64,000 nt of DNA from Octopus vulgaris (lineage: Eukaryota). Numbering within the stretch: position 1 is the first letter of the stretch; the number at the start of each line of letters is the position of its first letter. Both the position numbers and the translations under genes were made by a program. The stretch is from NCBI GenBank assembly GCA_951406725.2, contig CATOCA020000001.1, positions 9,362,001 through 9,426,000 of the forward strand, in the 5' to 3' direction. This document shows, piece by piece, positions 57,978 through 64,000 of the stretch. The notes under the pieces were generated by a model. It worked only from the letters and a program-made list of their open reading frames with translations, ran no database searches and was not told the origin of the DNA.

Positions 57978-58129
57978 TTTCATCAAACAACTCTGTGTGC
58001 CGAACTCCGAAGCTACGCAAAGTTTGGGATGTGCTTAAAACTTGGGAGATATTGCGCAACAGTTGTTTTTTAGATGTCTTGCTATATGGCTTGGAGTAAA
58101 TTGAAAATATCGTCCGGTTTCTGTCCAAA
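57978..58129 (-). CDS. Adhesion-GPCR exon, SEA-like region (152 bp, phase 2 to phase 1)
   Basis: Acceptor ttcttatttcAG, donor GTaagt. Open reading LDRNRTIFSIYSKPYSKTSKKQLLRNISQVLSTSQTLRSFGVRHTELFDE. Phases match both neighbouring exons. Confidence 0.75.
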
Positions 58130-59140
58130 CTGAAATAAGAATAAATACACGTATATATATATATATATATAGATAGATAGATAGATAGATAGATTGATAG
58201 ACAGACAGATAGAATAAATAAATAAATATAATTAGTTTAAACAGTCAGCAGAATTTTCCTAAGTTATGGCAATCTAACTGGTTTTTAAAATAATTTTGTC
58301 CTAATTACAGGACCTAAATTGCACCATTATATAAATCTGACCATTGACTGAAAAACTTTCATTTACTGATTATGGATAACAATGTATCAACGCTGATGCG
58401 TGTCGACCACAGTTTCTTCACTTTAGTAAGGCTGTTTAATTCTGCTACTTATATAAAATAAGATTAAAATTTCATAGTAAACACGTAAACATGGCTAGTC
58501 ATACGCTCACATGTGCGCTCGCGGACCCACGTGCGTACTTATACGTCACTATGAAAACGTACACATCTTCACTCGCATTTTTCGCAAAATATATACGCAT
58601 ATATATACAAACTCATACACACACACATGCGTACCGTAAAGGTTCATACATACGTCTATATACGCACAAGAAAAACCATGGATAAAGGTAACAGAAAAAA
58701 ACATAAGGAAGTATACAAAGCATAAAAACCACGTTCATATACGGACATGCCCTTATGCACTCATACACACACACGCCCATATATGTACATACCCGCACAT
58801 GTTTATATACGCATACACACACACGCATATACGAAAAATGAATATACATATGCCCCCGCCCCCCAAAAAACTAAAAAAATGGAAAAATACTAAGTAAAAA
58901 CGTCTATATATATATGCATTCTTATGCCCGCACACATGCACACATCTAAAACTGCCCACTCATACATATTCACACACGTGTACAAATGAATCTATATACA
59001 CGTCTATATAGGCACAGGAAAAAATGCAGGATAGAAAAGTACAGAAAAATTATTATGTGTGAAAGATATAAAATATATGAAATAATAAAAGGTATAATGA
59101 GATAAAAAAACTTTCTGGGACATAATAGGGAAAGCAAGTT

Positions 59141-61298
59141 TTATCTGTTTTCTTTAGGGGACCAAAAACGCAACAAAAATTTTGTCACATGTGGGCATGA
59201 TCCGAAAAGTTCTGCCCCTGAGTTTAGACATGTAGTAGGGTCTAAGCTGCTTTTCCAGATAAGCCATCTCTCCATGTCACATAGACCGCACTTTCCGCTG
59301 CCGTTGGTGTAGGGCTTACATTTGGCTAAAATCTTCCAATGGATGTTATAATCGACACCTTTATCATTTAAAGACCAAATATGATTAGATAATTTTGTCG
59401 CTTTTCTTTTGTTCCAGTGCCTAAAACTCAGGGTGTGGTACTTGAACCTGGTCTTGAAATTACTCTCTGTAAGGCCCACGTATTTCTTCGTCGAAACGGT
59501 GTCTTTAGTGGTTATAGAGTCCACGGTAGCTTCATAGATGATGGTCTCAGACATGCAAGCTCCATTTAGCGGGCACAATTTTTTTATTCCTGCATGAACA
59601 GCTGTTTTCCTGTGGTTTTTGTGTGTTATGTGTGATTATATTTTTAAAATTGGTAGTTGAACTAAAACTAATTTTTAAATTGTGTTTATTGAAGAGTTTC
59701 CTATAAGTATGGTTAACTGGAAAATATCTATCTATCAGTGTTAAGAAATATTTACCTATACTGAATGTCACCTCGGGTGAGTAAGGGGGCGTAAACCAGA
59801 TGATCTTCCTATTTCTATTTCTCCTCTTCTTTACTGTTGGGTTAGTAACAGGTGTATATTTTATTTTTTCCCTAAAACCACTATCTTTTAAAGCCTTATT
59901 ATAAACTGGGGCAACGCTATTAAAAATGTCCTTATCGGAGGAGAGGCTAGAAATTCTCTTACTATTATTTTAAACTAAATTTTTGAATACTATAGGGGGA
60001 TGGCATGAACTTACATTAATATAGCTAAGTCTATCATTGGGCTTCATATAAGGCGTCTAAATATTCTTATTTAGATCTAAGGAAACGTCTAGGAAATTGA
60101 CAACCGTCAGGTTAGTATTTATAGTTATACTAAGTCCGGAGTATTTCATTAATTGGATAATATCCTTCCTAAAACGATCCTGTGCTGCTCCATTTGTATT
60201 AGCGGTTAAAGCGAGGGCATCATCTTTGTAGATGGCGAAATATACGTCAGGAAATGTCTTACCTAAAGTATCTAGGAGAAAAAAATCCAATAAGATCGCA
60301 AATGCCTGCTCCATCATATGACCCGATGCTCACATCGAAAGCACCCTCTGTGTCGGTATTTTTGACCCACTTTGCGTTCTCACTGAAAAGTAAAGTCTGT
60401 CTAGCATGGAAGATTATGTCCTTATCATTTGTACTGATTTCTATGAAATCGCTAGCGAAGACGAGGGCTTTATCTAGCAGTTCTTTAGAGATAGAAGCAT
60501 AAAAATCAACAATATCGAATTGTGTAAACCTCGCTTTTTTCTTATTCTTAATAGCTTTAAACCAGTCTACGACTTCTATACTATTGGACCATTGTACCAG
60601 CATAGTAGCGGTCTTAATTTTCGCATTTATTTTATCTAAAATCTCTTTACTAATAATCCCAAGTTTGACTCAGCTGGGTTGATAAGCCTACATTTAGGGT
60701 TGGAAAGGAAGTTATCTTTGTGGTCTTTAATTGTAATAAAGGCCTCTTTTGGGGGAAGGACTTCTATTTTTTTTAACCTAATTTAAGTTTAGCGGCGATA
60801 ACGCTAGCTTCTTTATTAATTTCATTATATGTCTGTGGTCTAGCCTTAGTGTAATTATTAATGATGCTGTTGTGTAAGAGTTGTGAATATTTGCTGTTAT
60901 CTACCAGGTATAAGTTCTTGGTTTTATCCGAAAAAAGAGCTTTTTCTTGGAGCTTTTCATGTGTTTTATATCTGTTTTCAATTTATGTTGGAAACTGTTA
61001 AAAGACTTAAGAAATTTTATTTTATTCATAAGTTTCAGTAGGTCCGCTTCGAAATCTGCCAAGCCTTTAATCTTGGGAAGGAAAGTTTTAGATTTTATAC
61101 GATAGAAAGTATTTTCCATGGTGTCCACTTATGTATTAAAAAAGAAAGCTTTCCATCTCAACCGATGTTAGGCGATAATCCCCCAAAAGCCGTATTAGCT
61201 CTTAGTGAAGAAAGCGTCGTCCGGATGGTAATTTATTGGTAAAAACGGTAAGATAACAAAAGAAAGAAAGAGACCTCAATATTATGTAAATAGAGGAA

Positions 61299-61300
<2 letters not shown>
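59141..61300 (-). mobile_element. Penelope-like retroelement (RT + C-terminal GIY-YIG), decayed, probably Hydra-type
   Basis: RWKAFF near 61150. RT motifs FDIVDFYASI, FDVSIGSYDGAGICDLIG, IYKDD, VNFLDV and thumb SSCHPP. Linker CSCRNKK-x-CPLNGAC (across a frameshift). GIY-YIG as IIYEATV…YVGLTE…FKTRF, with C-terminal CGLC. Several stops and frameshifts. Confidence 0.9.
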
Positions 61301-61360
<60 letters not shown>

Positions 61361-61389
61361 GTATATATTTGCACAACAAATATTTAAAC

Positions 61390-61437
<48 letters not shown>
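61301..61437. repeat. (CTAT)n and (TA)n microsatellites
   Basis: Directly visible simple repeats. Confidence 0.92.
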
Positions 61438-61440
<3 letters not shown>

Positions 61441-61745
61441 TTAAAGATATTTACCTTTGAGAAAGATGGTGTTTTGCAACGCAGGACTTGATTAGCTTAA
61501 TGTTATAGCGTTGTTATATATATACAGTTCTCTCTGTATTTTTATGTTTTTGTTTGCTCCTTTATAATAATATACTGATAAAACACTTAAACATTTAATT
61601 GAAAGTTTGAATTTGTATATTGTGCGTCACAAGTACAACATTCTTTATTATTGTGATATTTAAAACGTACGATAAAAACAGGACTGGAATGTTTGGAACA
61701 AAAATAAACAAAATTTGAATAAAAGTAATAAAAGATTTTGCTTAC

Positions 61746-61795
61746 CCACAATATTCAATAGTGAAGGTTCCCGTCGTGGTTAACTCACGTTCCAT
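61746..61795 (-). CDS. Small adhesion-GPCR exon, SEA-like region (50 bp, phase 0 to phase 2)
   Basis: Acceptor ctcttgcAG, donor GTaagc. Reads MERELTTTGTFTIEYC(G). The split codon GG+T joins in frame to exon 57978-58129. Confidence 0.68.
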
Positions 61796-61807
61796 CTGCA
61801 AGAGTCG

Positions 61808-61849
61808 TATATATATATATATATATATAATTACATACAAATACATACA

Positions 61850-61914
<65 letters not shown>

Positions 61915-61940
61915 GTGTGTGTATGTGTGTGTGTGTGTGT
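61808..61940. repeat. (TA)n/(TG)n microsatellite
   Basis: Directly visible simple repeat. Confidence 0.92.
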
Positions 61941-62459
61941 AAACACAAAGCCAGTCAATAATGATGTGGCGTTTTATTTACTGTCAGTCAGAATCGGAGA
62001 TAATATAACGGAATATAAAAATGATGTATTCCGACTAAAGATAAGATGGTGGATAGAATAGTCTTTTTATTGACCAGCACAAATATCACATTCAGTGAGA
62101 TTAACAGTTTCACCTATCACTAAATGGAGTTGATTGTCTGAATTTCATGAAATACAAGTTATTCTTATTCTCTTACTACGGTCTACTGCATGTTCATGTC
62201 TCAGCATATTTACAGGTCAATATAAAAGTCCGTATGTACTTACATACGTACAAATTATGTACATATCGGTTATATTAGATAGCCCATGTTCAATTTCTAC
62301 CAACTGAGGTCTGATGTGGAGGCCGTGAATTTGAGTTTGGTTTGATGAGCCTACTCTGACAAACTGGTTCTAACTGGCTTGGCAGAGGGGTACAATTTTT
62401 TATACTCTTACCCAGGAGTAGTTAAAGTGATTAAGTCAACACACACACGCACACACAGC

Positions 62460-62595
62460 CATTACTTATTTTATTGATCCCGAAAGGACGAAAGGCAGAG
62501 TCAGCCTCGGTGGAATTTGAACTCAAAACGTAAGACGTACGAAATACCGTTAAACATTTTGTCCGGCGTGCCAACGACTCTTCTAGCTCACCGCA
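62460..62595 (-). mobile_element. SINE family A, diverged 5' half
   Basis: CCCGAAAGGACGAAAGGCAGAGTC…GGAATTTGAACTC…CCGGCGTGC…AGCTCACCGC matches 50445-50575. Confidence 0.8.
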
Positions 62596-62643
62596 GAATA
62601 TATAGTGAGTCAAATAATAATTACATACGCACATAAATACTTA

Positions 62644-62770
<127 letters not shown>

Positions 62771-62803
62771 AGGCGCAGGAGTGGCTGTGTGGTAAGTAGC
62801 TTG
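62771..62803 (+). mobile_element. SINE family B head (A-box region), abruptly interrupted
   Basis: AGGCGCAGGAGTGGCTGTGTGGTAAGTAGCTTG, followed by unrelated sequence. Confidence 0.8.
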
Positions 62804-64000
62804 ATTACAGGTTGCTTCTACGCATGTGCGAGTCAGTGTTGTGTTTGGCACTGAAGCGGTGAAGACGTGCTTTTGAAGCCGCCTTAAATTGAAAATTTTT
62901 GAAGCCCCATTGTAAGGTAAGATTCTGTTTTCTGGGTCCAGTGGGAATTTTTGTTGAAAATTGTTTTTTACAGGCAGGAAGTCCTACTGGATTCAGAATT
63001 CTGATTCTGCCGACATGGGGCAAATATATTTTTCTCGCTGAATTGTGAGAATTATGGGGGGATCGTATTCGTCTTCGATAATTGAGTGAATATTTTTCTC
63101 ACCTAATTATGAGAATTGTATTGTGCTGTGAAGAACTTTAAGAATTGTGAGAACTGTTATTTAGGGGAGTGTTTTGCCTCCGAAGTTTGAACAATTTTTA
63201 CCAATTTTACACCAATTTTTGTGGAAGTTGTGTTCCAGTTGCGGCGTTCCGGGTTCAATTTAGGCCGGGAGTACCGAATGGCCAGAAGATATTTTGCTGT
63301 GTTATTGACTTTCTTTTGAAATTTATTTGACTTTCTCCTTTTTTGTTTATTGCAACTTTCTTCTGATTTCTTTTTCTTCTCGCTTTTTAAGTTTTATTTT
63401 GAATATATTTAAAAAAAAGAAGAAAAAAAAACAAAAAAAACCATGGCAATGAAAAATGACAAAATTTTGGAATGGGAGATCATACCGCCTAAAAAGTGGT
63501 TAAAATACCGTGAAGATAGGACGGTGGTGTTGAGAACCTACTCCAAGGCACTCGACACCATCGCCCTGTTCGAAAAGACGGCAATTGAAAAGGAGTTGGC
63601 AGAGTATTTGCCAACAATTAAATTCATTTCCAGGGGTGTCAAATATGCAACGGTGTGGTTGCTATTTGACACCCCTGAAGAGGCTTGCAAATTTGCTAGT
63701 AAACCCCTGGAGGGTAAAGGAATTTTATTCCTGCCCACGTACCAAAAAAAGAGACTGACGAAAGCTTGGATTTGCGGGCTGCCACCCGGGATAGAACCCG
63801 AGTGGATAGAGGAGACTATCCGCCGGGGTCTGGGTAGCAGCGAAACTAAGCTCCTTAATGTGAAAGTTCTTCCTGCGGCTGCTTGGGTTGGGTCAAAAGC
63901 AATTTTGACCCTTTGGACCCAATCAGCCAATCTGGTTCTTCCAGATTTTTTTTAAATGGCCGGATGCAAGTACCCGGTGATGCTTGAAGGTCGCCCCCCT
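62804..64000 (+). mobile_element. 5' UTR and ORF1 of a probable Tx1/L1-like non-LTR retrotransposon, running off the window
   Basis: ~640-bp leader with short internal repeats, then an ORF from ATG 63443 with an RRM-like pattern (WLLFDTPEEA, AWICGLPPGI). An in-frame TAA at 63953 is followed by MAGCKYPVMLEGRPP, the kind of segment that precedes a zinc knuckle in ORF1p. Clade assignment is inference. Confidence 0.62.
63443..64000 (+). pseudogene. LINE ORF1p (gag-like nucleic-acid-binding protein) with a premature in-frame stop
   Basis: 170 open codons, TAA next to a T8 run, then 15 further open codons in the same frame up to the window end. Confidence 0.58.

Noticed and set aside
62244-62363. 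Possible 120-bp phase 0-0 minus-strand exon (FVRVGSSNQ…IICTY) with a GTAAGT donor
   Set aside because: The acceptor context is poor and there is no recognisable domain pattern. It remains unsupported without RNA data.

Overview
Eukaryotic, very probably cephalopod (Octopus-like) genomic DNA, judged from the tRNA-derived SINE families, dense microsatellites and TE content. Bases ~479-49539 are a single head-to-tail satellite array of a 48-bp monomer (~1020 copies). It is nearly homogeneous on the left, and its right third carries a ~3.7-kb (~77-monomer) higher-order repeat. The array ends at a 100-N scaffold gap. All the giant ORFs in the ORF track are products of this repeat. Hidden among the repeats, and not resolved as a gene by the ORF track, is a minus-strand spliced gene. 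Four phase-compatible GT-AG exons (61746-61795, 57978-58129, 51787-51901, 51158-51315) join into an open SEA-like plus HormR (HRM) segment typical of adhesion GPCR ectodomains. A fifth exon (323-405) lies ~75 bp from the start of the satellite, so the satellite is probably intronic. The introns hold a 5'-truncated CR1/L2-type LINE, a decayed Penelope-like element (RT, CxCx5Cx5C linker, GIY-YIG), the 5' end of a probable Tx1/L1-like LINE that interrupts a SINE head, several SINEs and microsatellites. All family assignments come from motif recognition, not from searches.
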